DNA of 64,000 nucleotides from Candidatus Omnitrophota bacterium (GTDB lineage Bacteria > Omnitrophota > Gorgyraeia > Pluralincolimonadales > Pluralincolimonadaceae): the NCBI GenBank assembly GCA_041651455.1, contig JBAZJG010000003.1, positions 18,517-82,516 on the forward strand. Reading direction: 5' to 3'. Below the pieces are notes generated by a model. It was not told the origin of the DNA. It was given only the letters and a program-made list of their open reading frames with translations, and ran no database searches. Made by a program: the position numbers and the translations under genes. Shown piece after piece: positions 50,523 through 61,383 of the stretch (position 1 is its first letter; each line of letters starts with the position of its first letter).

Positions 50523-51131
50523 ATGAAGAAGAGGGCCGTAAAGCATAAGCGCAAGACCACTGAGACCGATATAACTGTAGAACTCAATATCGACGGGACG
50601 GGGAAATTCCGCGTCTATACCGGGATAGGGTTCCTCGACCATATGCTGTCTCTCTTCGCCAGGCACGGGTGTTTCGACATGAAGCTTATCGCTAAAGGCG
50701 ACCTAGATGTCGATATACACCATACAAATGAGGACGTAGGAATAGCCCTCGGCGAAGCTTTGGCAAAAGCGCTCGGCAATAAGAAAGGGATACGCCGTTT
50801 CGGGTCGAGGGACGTAGCGGTCCCCATGGAAGAGGCGCTTGCCCGCATTGCGCTGGATATAAGCGGAAGGCCGTCGCTGTATATGCGCTGCACGGGTAAA
50901 CCTGTGCCTCCGACGCTTCTTGACAGGCAGGGCTATAGCCTTTCGAGCGCGAAGCAGTTCTTCGAGGCCTTTGTAAGGAACTCGGGAATAAACCTGCATA
51001 TCGAATACCGCGGGGAGGACCTGCATCATGTGCTCGAGGCGATATTCAAAGCGTTCGGAAGGGCGTTGTGCGACGCGACGAGGATAGACCCGAGGGTAAA
51101 AGGCATCCCGTCGACAAAAGGGAGATTATGA
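50523..51131 (+). CDS. hisB: Imidazoleglycerol-phosphate dehydratase (monofunctional)
   Basis: 202 aa with IGPD motifs (GIGFLDHML, DxHHxxE). No fused histidinol-phosphatase domain. Confidence 0.9.
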   Translation: MKKRAVKHKRKTTETDITVELNIDGTGKFRVYTGIGFLDHMLSLFARHGCFDMKLIAKGDLDVDIHHTNEDVGIALGEALAKALGNKKGIRRFGSRDVAVPMEEALARIALDISGRPSLYMRCTGKPVPPTLLDRQGYSLSSAKQFFEAFVRNSGINLHIEYRGEDLHHVLEAIFKAFGRALCDATRIDPRVKGIPSTKGRL

Positions 51132-51742
51132 AACAAAAGATAACCGTCCTTGATTACGGAATGGGCAACCTAAGGAGCGTGTCAAAGGCCCTGGAAGCGG
51201 AAGGCGCATCTGTAATAGTATCGGACAGGGCAAGAGACATACTTAAGGCGGATAAACTGGTATTTCCCGGCGTAGGAGCTTTCAGGGATGCGATGTCGGA
51301 GCTAAAGTCACGCAAGCTTATCGATCCCATAATGGAGTTCATTGACTGCGGGAAACCGTTCCTCGGGCTGTGCCTCGGCCTGCAATTGCTGTTCGACAGG
51401 AGCGAGGAAGCCGCATCATGCAAAGGCCTCGGCCTGGTGAAGGGCAAAGTGCTGAAGTTCAGGTCGAAGAAACTCAAGATACCCCACATGGGATGGAACC
51501 AGCTCTCCGGCATCAGGAAAGGCTGCCCGCTGTTCAGGGGCATTCCCGAGGGTTCGTACGTCTACTTCGTGCACTCATATTACGCTTTGCCGGAAGACAA
51601 AGCATCCGTCAGCGCTTACACCGACTACGGGGTAAAGTTTGCGTCGGCAATATGGTCTGACAATGTTTACGCCACACAGTTCCACCCTGAGAAGAGCCAG
51701 GCGCTGGGGCTTAAAATCATGAGGAATTTCGTAAAGATATGA
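51128..51742 (+). CDS. hisH: Imidazole glycerol phosphate synthase, glutamine amidotransferase subunit
   Basis: Internal ATG at 51128 (ATGA overlap); class I GATase (GLCLGLQ, H-E). Confidence 0.9.
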   Translation: MKQKITVLDYGMGNLRSVSKALEAEGASVIVSDRARDILKADKLVFPGVGAFRDAMSELKSRKLIDPIMEFIDCGKPFLGLCLGLQLLFDRSEEAASCKGLGLVKGKVLKFRSKKLKIPHMGWNQLSGIRKGCPLFRGIPEGSYVYFVHSYYALPEDKASVSAYTDYGVKFASAIWSDNVYATQFHPEKSQALGLKIMRNFVKI

Positions 51743-52470
51743 TAGTTATACCTGCTGTTGACATAAGGGGAGGCAATGTAGTAAGGCTTTTCAGGGGCGA
51801 TTTCTCGAAGGAGACGGTATATTCCAACGACCCGGTCAAGACCTCGCTCTGGTGGCAGAGCGAAGGCGCAAAGAGGCTCCATGTGGTGGACCTCGACGGC
51901 GCTCTCGAAGGCAAGCTTAAGAACCTCGACTGGATAAGGAAGATTACCGCGTCTCTCGATATACCAATAGAGGTAGGCGGCGGCATAAGGACCGAAGCGG
52001 ACCTCCAGACGGTAATAAGGGCCGGGGCCTCGTACGCGATACTCGGTACAAAGGCCTGCGAGGACGAGCAGTTCCTGAAGAAGGCGGTGGAAAAGTACCG
52101 CGAGAAGATAATCGTGAGCCTTGACGTGAAGGACGGCTATCTCCAGACAAAGGGCTGGGTGAATCCGACGGAGATAAAGGCGATAGATTTCGCCCAGCGG
52201 ATAAAGATGTTCGGGGTACAGACTGTCGAGTATACCGACATATCGAGGGACGGGACTCTGCAGGGCCCGGGATTCGGCAATATCCTGAAATTCCTCGGGG
52301 ACGTTAAGATAGACATGATCGTTTCGGGTGGCATCTCGACGCTTGCCGACCTCAGGATAATGAGGGATTACAACAGGAAAGAAGTGGTCGGCGTCATAGT
52401 CGGCCGCGCGCTTTACGACAAGAAGATACTGCTTAAGGACGCGAATAAAGTATGCTCGCAAAAAGGATAA
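51739..52470 (+). CDS. hisA: ProFAR isomerase
   Basis: [12 protein letters not shown] start and the HisA (beta/alpha)8 fold. Confidence 0.9.
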   Translation: MIVIPAVDIRGGNVVRLFRGDFSKETVYSNDPVKTSLWWQSEGAKRLHVVDLDGALEGKLKNLDWIRKITASLDIPIEVGGGIRTEADLQTVIRAGASYAILGTKACEDEQFLKKAVEKYREKIIVSLDVKDGYLQTKGWVNPTEIKAIDFAQRIKMFGVQTVEYTDISRDGTLQGPGFGNILKFLGDVKIDMIVSGGISTLADLRIMRDYNRKEVVGVIVGRALYDKKILLKDANKVCSQKG

Positions 52471-53207
52471 TACCCTGCCTTGACGTCAAGGACGGCCGCG
52501 TCGTCAAGGGGGTCAATTTCGTGAACCTGAGGGACGCGGGCGATCCGGTCGTCAACGCCTCCTTCTACGAGAAAGAAGGAGCCGACGAGCTCGTATTCCT
52601 TGATATCACGGCCAGCTGTGAGGACAGGGATACTATGATAAGCGTGGTACGCCGCACCGCAGAACAGGTATTCATGCCGCTTACCGTAGGTGGTGGTATA
52701 AGGAACATCTCGGACATACGCAACCTCCTGAATGCCGGGGCGGACAAGGTATCGATAAATACCGCCGCGGTAAAGGATCCCGGGCTCATTTGTGAATCTT
52801 CGGACAGGTTCGGGAGCCAATGCATCGTCGTTGCGATAGACGCCAAGCGCAAAGGCAGGAAGTGGGAGGTATTTACCCACGGAGGCAGGACGCCCACGGG
52901 AATCGATGCCGTAAGGTGGGCCAGGGAATCCCAGAAGCGCGGAGCGGGAGAGATATTGCTGACTTCAATGGACAGGGACGGCACGAAGATAGGTTATGAT
53001 ATCGAGCTGACCAGGGCCGTATCGGAGAATGTTGGGATCCCCGTCATCGCATCGGGCGGCGCCGGTTTGCCCGCGCACCTTTATGACGGTTTAGTGAAGG
53101 GCAAGGCCGACGCGGTACTGGCGGCGTCGATATTCCATTTCAGGGAATATTCGGTAAAGCAGGTAAAAGAGTACCTAAAGAGAAAAGGAGTCGCGGTAAG
53201 GATATGA
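52452..53207 (+). CDS. hisF: Imidazole glycerol phosphate synthase, cyclase subunit
   Basis: [20 protein letters not shown] start and the HisF fold. Confidence 0.9.
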   Translation: MLAKRIIPCLDVKDGRVVKGVNFVNLRDAGDPVVNASFYEKEGADELVFLDITASCEDRDTMISVVRRTAEQVFMPLTVGGGIRNISDIRNLLNAGADKVSINTAAVKDPGLICESSDRFGSQCIVVAIDAKRKGRKWEVFTHGGRTPTGIDAVRWARESQKRGAGEILLTSMDRDGTKIGYDIELTRAVSENVGIPVIASGGAGLPAHLYDGLVKGKADAVLAASIFHFREYSVKQVKEYLKRKGVAVRI

Positions 53208-53593
53208 ACAAGTTCATCAATGGGCTGAAATATGACGAGAACGGGCTGATACCTGCGGTAATACAGGACTGCAAGAACAACGAGGTCCTGATGGTCGCTT
53301 ATATGAACGATGTCGCGGTAAAGAAGACGATCGAGACGAAGAGGGCCCACTTCTATTCCCGCTCAAGGAAGAAGCTTTGGCTTAAGGGCGAATCGTCCGG
53401 GCACGTGCAGAAAGTGAAGGAGATCCGTTTCGATTGCGACGCCGACTGCCTTCTGGTGAAAGTGGAGCAGGTTGGCGGGGCATGCCATACGGGCTACAGG
53501 TCGTGCTTTTACAGGAAATTGAAGGATAATAAGGGGAATACGGCCGTATCGGGAAAGAAGATGTTCGACCCCGATAAGGTCTATAAAAAATAA
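53204..53593 (+). CDS. hisI: Phosphoribosyl-AMP cyclohydrolase
   Basis: 129 aa with the cyclohydrolase domain only (GLIPAVIQD..., CDxDC); no fused HisE domain. Confidence 0.85.
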   Translation: MNKFINGLKYDENGLIPAVIQDCKNNEVLMVAYMNDVAVKKTIETKRAHFYSRSRKKLWLKGESSGHVQKVKEIRFDCDADCLLVKVEQVGGACHTGYRSCFYRKLKDNKGNTAVSGKKMFDPDKVYKK

Positions 53594-55068
53594 TGGAATA
53601 CGCACCATCCAGGAAAGAATTCGGACGCCTCTCCAAGAAAGGGAACCTTATCCCGGTCTATGCCGAGATAACGGCGGACCTTGAGACGCCGGTGTCTGCC
53701 TTCATGAAGATCGACAAGGGGGATTACTCGTTCCTGCTCGAATCGGTGGAAGGCGGGGAGAAGATCGCCCGTTATTCCTTCCTGGGTTCGGGTCCGTCGC
53801 TTGTATTCAGGAGCAAAGGCGATGAAATAGAGGTAACGGAGGACGGCAACACGAAGCGCTTTACCGCGTCATCCGACCCCCTTGAGGAGATGAAGGGTAT
53901 TCTGGACAGGTATAAATTTGTGCATACCCCCGGCCTGCCGAGGTTCTGCGGAGGGCTCGTAGGGTTCATGGGGTACGATATGATAAGGTTCTTCGAGAAA
54001 CTTCCGGAAAAAAACCCGGATGACTTGAATGCGCCGGACTCGGTCTTCATGCTTACGGACACGATATTAATATTCGACCACGTGAAGCACAAGATAAAGG
54101 TCGTTTCGAACGCCCACGTAGAAGGAGATCCCTCAAGGGCATACGATACTGCCGTAAAGAAGATAGACGGCCTCATAAGGATGCTCGGAGCCCCGCTTCA
54201 TGCCGGCCGCAGGAAAGGCCGCGCAATGGAACCCGGCATAGAGTCTAATTTTACGAAAGAAGAGTTTGTCGCACTGGTCAGGAAAGCGAAAAGCTACATC
54301 AGGATAGGCGACATAATCCAGGTAGTGCCGTCCCAGAGATTCAGTACAAAAATATCATGTTCGGGCATCGACCTGTACCGTTCCCTCAGGATGATAAACC
54401 CTTCGCCCTACATGTATTACCTGAAGATGAGGGAGATGTCCCTTGTGGGGGCTTCGCCGGAGCTGATGGTCAGGTGCGAAGATAATATAGTGGAGCTGAG
54501 GCCTATCGCGGGCACCAGGCCGAGAGGAAAGACGGAAGCCGAGGAGAAACGCCTCGAGAAGAACCTGCTGTCCAGCGTGAAAGAGCGCGCCGAACATATC
54601 ATGCTCGTGGACCTCGGGCGCAACGACATAGGCAGGGTCTGCAAATACGGCACGGTAAAGGTGTCCGAGCTGATGGTCATAGAAAAATATTCGCACGTGA
54701 TGCATATTGTCAGCGAATGCACCGGCAGGTTGAGGCATGATAAGGACATGTTCGATGTCATCAGGGCGACATTCCCTGCAGGCACGGTATCTGGCGCACC
54801 GAAGGTAAGGGCGATGGAGATAATCGAGGAGCTCGAGAACACCAGGCGCGGGCCTTATGCCGGGCTCGTCGGGTATTTCAGTTTTTCCGGGAACGCTGAC
54901 ACGTGCATCAATATAAGGACTATAGTGATGAAGGGCGGCAGGGCCTTTGTCCAGGCAGGCGGAGGGGTCGTGGCGGATTCCGATCCCGCGAAGGAATACC
55001 AGGAGACCGTAAACAAAGCCAAGGCCACGATAAAGGCGATAGAAGCCGCAGAGAAGGGGATTATTTAG
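53593..55068 (+). CDS. trpE: Anthranilate synthase component I
   Basis: 491 aa with chorismate-binding motifs (GAxPELMV, RGPYAGxVGYFS). Confidence 0.9.
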   Translation: MEYAPSRKEFGRLSKKGNLIPVYAEITADLETPVSAFMKIDKGDYSFLLESVEGGEKIARYSFLGSGPSLVFRSKGDEIEVTEDGNTKRFTASSDPLEEMKGILDRYKFVHTPGLPRFCGGLVGFMGYDMIRFFEKLPEKNPDDLNAPDSVFMLTDTILIFDHVKHKIKVVSNAHVEGDPSRAYDTAVKKIDGLIRMLGAPLHAGRRKGRAMEPGIESNFTKEEFVALVRKAKSYIRIGDIIQVVPSQRFSTKISCSGIDLYRSLRMINPSPYMYYLKMREMSLVGASPELMVRCEDNIVELRPIAGTRPRGKTEAEEKRLEKNLLSSVKERAEHIMLVDLGRNDIGRVCKYGTVKVSELMVIEKYSHVMHIVSECTGRLRHDKDMFDVIRATFPAGTVSGAPKVRAMEIIEELENTRRGPYAGLVGYFSFSGNADTCINIRTIVMKGGRAFVQAGGGVVADSDPAKEYQETVNKAKATIKAIEAAEKGII

Positions 55069-55638
55069 ATGATCCTTATGATAGATAATTATGATTCCTT
55101 TACCTATAACCTCGTCCAGTACCTCGGCGAGATGGGGCAGGCGCTTAAGGTCATCCGCAACGACAAGATATCGGTGAAAGCTATCGCAGGCCTCAGACCG
55201 AGGAGCATCATAATATCGCCCGGGCCGGGATTCCCGAAAGATGCCGGAATATCAAACTCCGTCATAAGCGAATTTTCGGGAAAGGTCCCTATACTCGGGG
55301 TATGCCTGGGCCACCAGTGCATCGGTGAAGTGTTCGGCGGGCGGGTGGTCAAGGCGTCAAGGCCGATGCACGGCAAGACATCGCTTATATACCATAACGG
55401 CAAAGAAATATTCAAGGGCCTCCACAACCCCTTCGCTGCTATCAGGTACCACTCGCTTATAGTCGAAAAAAAATCATTGCCGGACTGCCTAGAGGTCACC
55501 GCGCAAACAAAAGACAAGGAGATAATGGGCCTAAGGCACAGGAAATATCCAGTATGGGGCGTGCAGTTCCACCCGGAGTCCATTCTAACCGCCGAAGGCA
55601 GGAGAATGCTCAAAAACTTCCTGGAGCTCTCGGAATGA
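55069..55638 (+). CDS. trpG: Anthranilate synthase component II (glutamine amidotransferase)
   Basis: [15 protein letters not shown] start, GVCLGHQ catalytic Cys, and His-Glu. Confidence 0.85.
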   Translation: MILMIDNYDSFTYNLVQYLGEMGQALKVIRNDKISVKAIAGLRPRSIIISPGPGFPKDAGISNSVISEFSGKVPILGVCLGHQCIGEVFGGRVVKASRPMHGKTSLIYHNGKEIFKGLHNPFAAIRYHSLIVEKKSLPDCLEVTAQTKDKEIMGLRHRKYPVWGVQFHPESILTAEGRRMLKNFLELSE

Positions 55639-56645
55639 TAAAGGAATCGATAGCAAAACTCGTAAGGTCAGAGAACCTGTCAAAGCCGGAGATAGAGCTT
55701 TCGATGGAAGAGATAATGACCGGGCAGGCGCTCCCGTCGCAGATAGCAGCTTTCCTGACGGCTATGCGGATGAAAGGCGAGACGCTCGATGAGATAGTAG
55801 GCGCGGCCTCGGTCATGCGCAAGCACGCAACCAAGATAAAGACAAGACACCCCGTCGTACTTGATACCTGCGGGACCGGCGGCGACGAGTCGCAGACGTT
55901 CAACGTGTCTACCGTATCCGCGTTCGTAGTGGCGGGTGCCGGGGTTGCGGTAGCAAAGCACGGCAATCGCTGCGTCTCCTCGAAATGCGGCAGCGCGGAC
56001 CTTCTTAAGGCTCTCGGAGTAAACATAGAAGCGGAGGAGCATGCCGTGTCAAGATGCCTCGACGAAATAGGGATAGGATTCCTTTTCGCGCCGATGTTGC
56101 ATAAGGCGATGCAATACGCTATTGGGCCTAGAAGGGAGATAGGCATCCGAACGATATTCAATATCCTCGGCCCGCTGACAAATCCCGCTAACGCGACGCA
56201 CCAACTCCTCGGTGTTTATGATTACAGGCTCACGAAGCCGATGGCCGAAGCGCTAGGACGGCTTGGGTCCAGGCACGCGCTTGTCGTGCACGGCGACGAC
56301 GGTCTTGATGAGGTGACGACTACGGACTCGACGCAGGTATCCGAGCTTAAGGGCGGCAAAGTCACAAATTACGAGATAACGCCGAGGGAATTCGGGATAA
56401 AGATGGCAAAACCGGAAGACCTTAAGGGCGGTGATGCCGAACAGAACGCAAAGATAGCGCTTGCCGTCCTCAGCGGGGATAAAGGGCCCCATCGCGACAT
56501 CGTGCTTATGAATGCGGGCTGCGCGATATATGCCGCGGACGGGGCGGAAAGCATCAAAGAAGGCATAAAGATAGCGGAAGAATCGATCGATTCCGGTCAG
56601 GGTTTGAAGAAACTCGGGCAGCTTAAGGAGGTCACAAGCAGATGA
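55635..56645 (+). CDS. trpD: Anthranilate phosphoribosyltransferase
   Basis: Internal ATG at 55635 (ATGA overlap with trpG). Motifs DTCGTGGD and KHGNR. Confidence 0.9.
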   Translation: MIKESIAKLVRSENLSKPEIELSMEEIMTGQALPSQIAAFLTAMRMKGETLDEIVGAASVMRKHATKIKTRHPVVLDTCGTGGDESQTFNVSTVSAFVVAGAGVAVAKHGNRCVSSKCGSADLLKALGVNIEAEEHAVSRCLDEIGIGFLFAPMLHKAMQYAIGPRREIGIRTIFNILGPLTNPANATHQLLGVYDYRLTKPMAEALGRLGSRHALVVHGDDGLDEVTTTDSTQVSELKGGKVTNYEITPREFGIKMAKPEDLKGGDAEQNAKIALAVLSGDKGPHRDIVLMNAGCAIYAADGAESIKEGIKIAEESIDSGQGLKKLGQLKEVTSR

Positions 56646-57418
56646 TAGGACTGCAGGAGATAATTGAGCACAAAAAGCACAAGCTTGAACGTGCGCAGGA
56701 AGTCCTTTCTCTTGAAGAACTGGAAAAACGGGCCGTTCCCGTCAAGAACAGGGGATTCAAGTCCGCAATATCGAAAGGCAGCAAGATCAACCTGATAGCC
56801 GAGGTGAAGAAAGCGTCGCCGTCGCACGGCGTCATCAGGCATGATTTCGACCCCTCCGGAATAGCGAAAATCTACAAGAAAAGCGGGGCTTCGGCATTGT
56901 CGGTCCTGACCGAAGACAAATATTTCCAGGGAAGCATCGACGACCTTAAGTCGGTCCGTGACGCCGTGGACCTTCCGGTCATGCGCAAGGATTTCATAAT
57001 ATCCGAATACCAGGTATTCGAATCAGCCATAGCGGGCGCGGACGCGATCCTTCTCATCGCAACCGCCATGGACAGGGGCATGCTAAAGGCCCTGTTCCAT
57101 GAGGCGAAATCCCTCGGGATGGATACGGTCGTCGAAGTGCATAATGAACGCGACCTTGAAAAGGCGCTCGGGGTCGATGCGGATATTATCGGCATCAACA
57201 ACAGGAACCTGGCGACGCTCGAGGTCGACCTGCAGGTTACGCGGGAATTGATACAGAAAGTGCCGGCCGGGAAGATAATCATCTCCGAGAGCGGGATAAG
57301 GGACCCGGAAGATATCCAATCGCTCGCTTCGACAGGCATAAGGGCGGTCCTTATCGGCACCGCATTCATGGAATCCGACGATATATCGGCCGAAGTAAAG
57401 AGGATCATGGGTTGGTAA
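56642..57418 (+). CDS. trpC: Indole-3-glycerol phosphate synthase
   Basis: IGPS motifs (IAEVKKASPS, RKDFI, NNRNL). Confidence 0.9.
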   Translation: MIGLQEIIEHKKHKLERAQEVLSLEELEKRAVPVKNRGFKSAISKGSKINLIAEVKKASPSHGVIRHDFDPSGIAKIYKKSGASALSVLTEDKYFQGSIDDLKSVRDAVDLPVMRKDFIISEYQVFESAIAGADAILLIATAMDRGMLKALFHEAKSLGMDTVVEVHNERDLEKALGVDADIIGINNRNLATLEVDLQVTRELIQKVPAGKIIISESGIRDPEDIQSLASTGIRAVLIGTAFMESDDISAEVKRIMGW

Positions 57419-58032
57419 GGGTTAAGGTCTGCGGAATAACGAACCTTAAGGACGCCGAGGCGGCCTGCCGCTTTGGGGCGGACGCGATAGGATTCGTCTT
57501 TGCAAAGAGCCCGAGAAGGATAGATGCCTCGAAGGCGAGGGCGATCTCCTTAAGAATGCCTCCTTATGTATCCCTGGTAGGCATTTTTGTTGACGAGGAT
57601 ATCAAGAAATTACTGCAGATAGCGGAAAAATGCAGGCTCGACATTATCCAGCTTCACGGCAACGAATCTATTAACTATTGCAAACAACTTAAGAAATATT
57701 ATAAAATAGTCAAGGCAGTCAAGGTAGGAGAACAAAAGAGCTTTAGCGGCCTATTAGGTTACGATGCTGACGCTTTCCTGCTTGATACATACAGGCCGGG
57801 TAAGGCGGGCGGCACAGGAGAGAAATTCGATTGGAGCCTGGCCCTGAAGGCAAAGAAGCACGGCAAGCCCATCATACTTTCGGGCGGCCTAAGGCCGGGT
57901 AATGTTTCCGAGGCTATCAGGAAGGTAAAACCTTATGCAGTAGACGTGTCGAGCGGGATAGAATCATCTCCCGGCAGGAAAAATATGAAACTCATGAAGG
58001 AATTCATACATAAAGCCAAAAAGACATCCTAG
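57412..58032 (+). CDS. trpF: Phosphoribosylanthranilate isomerase
   Basis: Starts VKVCGIT (PRAI), 206 aa. Confidence 0.85.
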   Translation: MVRVKVCGITNLKDAEAACRFGADAIGFVFAKSPRRIDASKARAISLRMPPYVSLVGIFVDEDIKKLLQIAEKCRLDIIQLHGNESINYCKQLKKYYKIVKAVKVGEQKSFSGLLGYDADAFLLDTYRPGKAGGTGEKFDWSLALKAKKHGKPIILSGGLRPGNVSEAIRKVKPYAVDVSSGIESSPGRKNMKLMKEFIHKAKKTS

Positions 58033-58045
58033 GAGAGAGACCGAG

Positions 58046-58588
58046 ATGAGTTCAAACAAAAGATTGCACCGCCGGCTGGCGCTTGATGTAGAAGTAAAGT
58101 GGCACAGGAAGAAAGACAAGTCGTCCAGCAGCAAAGCATACATGTTCAGGTCTAAGAACTTCGCGCGGCACGGCCTTTTTCTCAAGACCGACAAGAAATT
58201 CAGGATCGGCATGGATATGGACCTTGAGTTCATGCTTCCGACGGTATCTCATCCGGTGCTCGTCTCAGGGAAGGTTGCATGGATAGCCGATAAGGACAGG
58301 AACCCTACTTATTATCCCGGTATCGGCGTGAAGTTCACGAAGATAGATCCCGAGGACAAGAAAGACCTTACAAAGTTCCTCAACCGCAAGTTCAGGAACT
58401 ACAAAGACGCGCAGGAGCTCAAGAAGATGTACCTTACACTCATAGATATGGGCGCAAGGCTCGTGGAACTCGGGGAAAGGCACCCGGGCGCCATTTATTT
58501 CAAAAAGGCCGTTGATAACTCGATAAAAGAGATCTCGGAGGTCGCGCACCTTATAGACAAGGAAGTTTCCGAGATAAAGAATCTGTAG
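58046..58588 (+). CDS. PilZ domain protein (putative c-di-GMP receptor)
   Basis: RxxxR (RLHRR) plus a downstream D/NxSxxG-like block; ~100-aa PilZ core, then a C-terminal helical region. Confidence 0.6.
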   Translation: MSSNKRLHRRLALDVEVKWHRKKDKSSSSKAYMFRSKNFARHGLFLKTDKKFRIGMDMDLEFMLPTVSHPVLVSGKVAWIADKDRNPTYYPGIGVKFTKIDPEDKKDLTKFLNRKFRNYKDAQELKKMYLTLIDMGARLVELGERHPGAIYFKKAVDNSIKEISEVAHLIDKEVSEIKNL

Positions 58589-58602
58589 GAGAGACGCCGG
58601 AA

Positions 58603-59451
58603 ATGAACGTTTTTAAGACCGTTTTTTTACTCACCTTATTGACCTTATTGCTGATATTTGTAGGCGGGCGGATAGGGGGGAAGGAAGGCATGATCATTGC
58701 CTTCTCCATAGCGCTCGCGATGAATTTCATATCATACTGGTTCTCAGACAAGATCGTCCTCGCGATGTACAAGGCAAAGGAAGTGACGAGGGCCGACTAT
58801 CCGAAACTTCACGCGATAGTATCGAACCTGTCGACAAAGGCCGGGCTCCCGATGCCCAAGGTATATGTAATGCCCGTTGAAACCCCCAACGCGTTCGCTA
58901 CCGGCAGGGATCCTGCGCATGCGGCAGTGGCAGCGACAGAGGGGATCATAAAGCTCCTGTCAGACGACGAATTGGAAGGAGTAATAGCTCACGAGCTTTC
59001 TCACGTCAGGAGCAGGGATACGCTCGTAATGACAGCGGTGGCTACGATAGCGGGCGCTATTTACATGATCTCAGATATGGCAAGGTTTGCGATGATATTC
59101 GGCGGAAGGGATGACGACAGGGACGGAGGCAGCCCTATGGTTGCGCTCGTCTTATTGATACTGGCGCCGATAGCCGCCACGATGATACAACTGGCGATAT
59201 CGCGTTCACGGGAATATATGGCCGACGATTCGGGAGCCGATATCTGCGGCCGCCCGCTCTCATTGGCGAACGCGCTTAGGAAACTGCATGGCTATTCGCG
59301 CCGGCTTCCTATGAACGCGAATCCCGTGACCGCGCATATGTTCATAGTCAACCCGCTTACCGGACGCGGATTCACTTCATTATTCAGCACACACCCGCCG
59401 ATCGAGCGCAGAATAGCGCGCCTTGAGGAGCTAGCCATAAAGCCGAGATAG
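58603..59451 (+). CDS. htpX: Zinc metalloprotease HtpX (M48)
   Basis: Four TM helices and HELSH(V) zinc motif ([10 protein letters not shown]). Confidence 0.85.
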   Translation: MNVFKTVFLLTLLTLLLIFVGGRIGGKEGMIIAFSIALAMNFISYWFSDKIVLAMYKAKEVTRADYPKLHAIVSNLSTKAGLPMPKVYVMPVETPNAFATGRDPAHAAVAATEGIIKLLSDDELEGVIAHELSHVRSRDTLVMTAVATIAGAIYMISDMARFAMIFGGRDDDRDGGSPMVALVLLILAPIAATMIQLAISRSREYMADDSGADICGRPLSLANALRKLHGYSRRLPMNANPVTAHMFIVNPLTGRGFTSLFSTHPPIERRIARLEELAIKPR

Positions 59452-61383
59452 ATGGACTGCGCGCATTTCTTCGGCAAGAAGGGCGTGCTTGCCGGGAACT
59501 TCCGGGATTACGAGTTCCGCCCTCAACAGGCCGAGATGGCCGGATCGGTCGAGCGCGCGATAAAGCAGAAATCCCACCTGATAGTCGAGGCGGGCACCGG
59601 CGTCGGAAAATCGTTCGCATACCTTGTCCCCGCCATAGATTTCGCCGTATCCTCCAATAAGAAGTCTGTCATATCCACAAACACGATAAGCCTGCAGGAG
59701 CAGCTTGTAAAAAAGGACATACCTTTCCTGGAAGAGGTCTTGCCGTTCGATTTCAGGCATTGCCTCGTAAAAGGAAGGTCGAATTACCTGTGCCTCAGGA
59801 GGTTGAACAGGGTGTTGTCGTCGAAGACAGACCTGCTGGAATCCAAAGAGGAGGTTGCAGGCCTCCAGGCGATATTCTCTTGGTCTAAGGTCACCGAAGA
59901 CGGCTCGTTGTCAGATTTTAATGCCGAGCCCGACCGCAAGGTATGGGAGAGGGTATGCTGCGAGCACGATACCTGCCTCGGGAAGAAATGCGTGCACAGG
60001 GACGCCTGTTTCCTGATGAAAGCCCGCCGCAACATGCAGGAAGCCGACCTGATCGTCGTCAACCATCATCTCTTTTTTTCCGACCTTGCCCTCCGCCAGT
60101 CGGAGTGGGCGCTGTTACCCGATTATTCGTGCGTCGTGTTTGACGAGGCCCACACGATCGAAGATGTCGCGACAGAACATCTGGGGACCGAGATATCGAA
60201 CTACAGGATAAAACATCTGATGGATTCCCTTTATAACCCGGCAAAGAAAAAGGGATTCCTCGCCACGATAAAGGAAGCGGGACTTAAGGATGCTGTCGCG
60301 GAGGTCAGGAAGGCGTCCGAGGTATTCTTCGATGAGACATCGGATTGGCTCGGGAAAGACCCGATACGACGGGTCAGGTGCGCCGATTTTATAGACGATA
60401 ACCTTTCAGCCCCGCTGAAGGATATCAGGGGCCGGCTAAAGGACAGGGCCAAGCGGTCCGTATCGAAGGAAGAAGAGACCGACCTCAAGTATTACATTGC
60501 AAGGGTTGATGCCCTGGCAGGCGCGCTTGCCGCCTTTATGGGACAGGAGATGGGCGACTACGTCTACTGGGCGGAATCATCCGGAAGGCGTTTCAGGAGG
60601 ATAGCGCTTGACTGCGCGCCGGTTAACGTGGCGCCAGTATTGAATGATATGCTCTTCTCCAAGGTCGATACCGCGATATTGACCAGCGCCACTTTATCAA
60701 CGGAAGGCGGATTCGGGTTCATAAAGTCGCGACTCGGCATAACCAAGACGGATGAGGTTCTTCTCGGTTCACCCTTCGATTACGAGAGGAACGTGAAGAT
60801 ATACATCCCGAGAAAGATGCCTGACCCGAACGATTACATGAGATATAAGGAAGAGGTCGTGAAGAAGGTAAAGGATTACGTCACAAGGACGGAGGGCAGG
60901 GCTTTCGTCCTTTTCACGAGCTACAGGTTCATGGATGACGTATATGAAGAGACATCCGGCTATTTCTCCGACCTCGGCATACCGCTCATGAAGCAGGGAT
61001 TGGGCATGCCTAGGACAAAGATGCTGGAGGCGTTCAAGCGAGACGTCGGTTCCGTGATATTCGGGGTCGATTCCTTCTGGACCGGCGTGGATGTGCCCGG
61101 AGAAGCACTCGGCAACGTGATAATAACGCGCCTTCCTTTTGCGGTCCCGGACCACCCGATATCCGAGGCGAGGATGGACAGGATAAAACAGGACGGAGGC
61201 GACCCTTTCTCCGAGTATAGCCTTCCGCAGGCCATACTCAAACTCAAGCAGGGCTTCGGAAGGCTTATAAGGACAAAGAACGACGCCGGCATAGTCGCGA
61301 TACTTGACAGCCGTATCCTTCACAAGCCCTACGGAAGAAAGTTTTTGTCGGCCCTGCCGAAATGTGAGATAATAATAGAATGA
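59452..61383 (+). CDS. dinG: ATP-dependent DNA helicase, DinG/Rad3 family with Fe-S domain
   Basis: Walker A GTGVGKS, a DEAH-like box (VFDEAH), a four-Cys cluster (C..C...C...C) and helicase motifs V-VI. Confidence 0.8.
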   Translation: MDCAHFFGKKGVLAGNFRDYEFRPQQAEMAGSVERAIKQKSHLIVEAGTGVGKSFAYLVPAIDFAVSSNKKSVISTNTISLQEQLVKKDIPFLEEVLPFDFRHCLVKGRSNYLCLRRLNRVLSSKTDLLESKEEVAGLQAIFSWSKVTEDGSLSDFNAEPDRKVWERVCCEHDTCLGKKCVHRDACFLMKARRNMQEADLIVVNHHLFFSDLALRQSEWALLPDYSCVVFDEAHTIEDVATEHLGTEISNYRIKHLMDSLYNPAKKKGFLATIKEAGLKDAVAEVRKASEVFFDETSDWLGKDPIRRVRCADFIDDNLSAPLKDIRGRLKDRAKRSVSKEEETDLKYYIARVDALAGALAAFMGQEMGDYVYWAESSGRRFRRIALDCAPVNVAPVLNDMLFSKVDTAILTSATLSTEGGFGFIKSRLGITKTDEVLLGSPFDYERNVKIYIPRKMPDPNDYMRYKEEVVKKVKDYVTRTEGRAFVLFTSYRFMDDVYEETSGYFSDLGIPLMKQGLGMPRTKMLEAFKRDVGSVIFGVDSFWTGVDVPGEALGNVIITRLPFAVPDHPISEARMDRIKQDGGDPFSEYSLPQAILKLKQGFGRLIRTKNDAGIVAILDSRILHKPYGRKFLSALPKCEIIIE

